From positions 5,084,001-5,148,000 of the forward strand of contig NC_086097.1 of NCBI RefSeq assembly GCF_963921235.1: DNA of 64,000 nucleotides, in the 5' to 3' direction. The notes beneath the pieces were generated by a model. The model did not search any database. It saw only the letters and a program-made list of their open reading frames with translations, and was not told the origin of the DNA. Positions within the stretch are counted from its first letter, which is position 1. Every line of letters starts with the position of its first letter. Source of the stretch: Mobula hypostoma (lineage: Eukaryota). This document shows positions 62,186 to 64,000 of this stretch, piece by piece. The position numbers and the translations under genes are program-made.

Positions 62186-64000
62186 GAGATGGAAACATAC
62201 AACTGGCACCTCCTCGGGCTCTGTGAAGCCAGATGGAAGAACGCTGGAGAAGTGCATACTGAGGAAGGACATTTACTCTATTGTAGCAGAGAAGAGAACA
62301 GACATGAAAATGGCGTAGGGTTCCTAGTCAACAAATCCATCAAGAACACTGTTCTAGGATGCCAACCAGTGTCAATCAGGCTCATGACCATTCGCCTGTG
62401 AGTGAAGCCATTCAACATCACGGTGGCACGAGCCTACGCCCCAACAATAGACTACAACGATGAACACATTGCAGAATTCTATAAGAAACTACAAGATGTC
62501 ATTGACAAGGTGGACAAAAAAGATATTTCAATCATTCAGGGTGACTGGAATGCCAAGGTGGGCGCAAGATGAGTTGGGGAAATCTCATCGGCCCCTCATG
62601 CAATGACACCTCCAATGAGAGGGGACTACGCCTGCTGGAATTTGCCATTTGTAACAACATGGTGCTGACGAACACACTTGGAGAGAACAAAGAATCCCAA
62701 AGATGGACCAGGCATGCCCCCAGTGGTCAACATCACCAGATCGACTACATCCTGGGGCAAAGATGGCACAAATCTGGTGTGAACAGACCGAAGACCAGAA
62801 CATTCCCAGGTGCAGACGTGGGCAGTGACCATGACCTTGTCATGATGAACATCAGAGTGCGCTTGAGGAGAATCAACAAGCCAAAAAACAGTCGGCTGAG
62901 ATTCAACCTTGAAAAACTGAAAGACCGCGCCATCTCTGAAGAATTTCAGGCAGCAGCTGGGGGGAAGTTTGCACCAATACTCCTCCTTGATGAAGACCTG
63001 GAGACCACCACAAATAACTTTAACACAGTGATGACAGAAACAACAAGCAAGATTCTGGGGAAAAGCCACCGCAAGTCGAAACCATGGGTCACTAACAAGA
63101 TACTGGATATGTGTGACACAAGAAGGAAATTAAAGAAAGATAAAAACACAGCAGAGGGAAGAACAGAATACAGGAAAATCAACAAGGAAATCAGCAGGTA
63201 AATGAAGGAAGCAAAGCAAAGATGGATAGCTGAACAATAGACATAGAAGACATAGAATAGTACAGCACAGTACAGGCCCTTCTGCCCACAATATTTTGCC
63301 GACCCTTAAACCCTACCTCCCATATAACCCCCCACCTTAAATTCCTCCATATACCTCCATATACAATGTGAAGACATTGAAGACAGCCTCTCCAACAACA
63401 ACACAAAGAAGGCATTCCAACTGGTGAAGGATCTTACCAAAGAAAAACAAGCCAAAGTGAACATCATCTAAGACAAAAATGTCAAAAGTCTCCTGGAAGA
63501 AATGGAAAGTTGGACAGAGTACTGTTCAGAACTGTACAACTACCAGAGCAAAGGGGATATAAGCGTGCTGAATGTGCAGGAGTCTTCCAATGAGGAAGAC
63601 TATCCAATCATGCATGAAGAAGTTGAAGCTGCAATACGATCACTCAAGTGAGGGAAGTCAGCAGGAATTGACAACACCCCTGCTGAACTGCTGAAGCAAG
63701 GAGGAGAGGCCACGATAGACATGCTTACCACCATCTGCAATGACATCTGGCAGACAGGTGAATGGCCGACACCTTGGACTCAGTCGCTGATCACTGTGCT
63801 TCCCAAGAAAGGCAATCTCCAACTTTGCCAGAATTACTGTACCATCAGTTTGATCAGCCATGTAAGCAAGGTAATGCTCAGAATCACCTTGAACAGACTG
63901 AGACCTCTGGCAGAAGACATCATTGCCGAGGAACAAGTAGGGTTCTGTAAGGGCAGAAGCACCACTGAGAAGATTTTCAACCTCTGCACCCTCTGTGAGA
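62186..64000 (+). mobile_element. RTE-clade LINE copy B, running into the RT domain at the window end
   Basis: Duplicates 58789-60204, then continues with PKKG, NY.TISLISH and EEQVGF. Confidence 0.9.
63239..63362 (-). mobile_element. 124-bp CR1 3' tip inserted in RTE copy B
   Basis: TSD ACAAT (63234-63238 and 63363-63367); absent from copy A; matches the reverse complement of about 53860-53970. Confidence 0.85.

Overview
This is 64 kb of repeat-dominated vertebrate non-coding DNA. The repeat mix (HER1/CR1-like LINEs, V-SINEs, Penelope-like elements) suggests a cartilaginous fish, probably a ray or shark; this is an inference. I could not identify any intact host protein-coding gene, and nearly all long ORFs are retrotransposon remnants from CR1, RTE, Rex1/Babar, L1, Tx1 and Gypsy elements. 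The main highlights are five. (1) About a dozen minimal hammerhead-ribozyme motifs sit in Penelope-derived repeats, including a young TSD-flanked 103-bp palindrome with a hammerhead core on each strand. (2) A 1.2-kb miniature two-LTR element (29059-30258) retains a Tf1/sushi-type self-priming signal. (3) An internally deleted Chapaev-like DNA transposon is present. (4) A 1.4-kb RTE segment appears to have been duplicated locally after inactivation. (5) Several unique islands have splice-site or promoter-like features and may be exons of an unidentified host gene. Family assignments come from motif recognition only; no database search was run.
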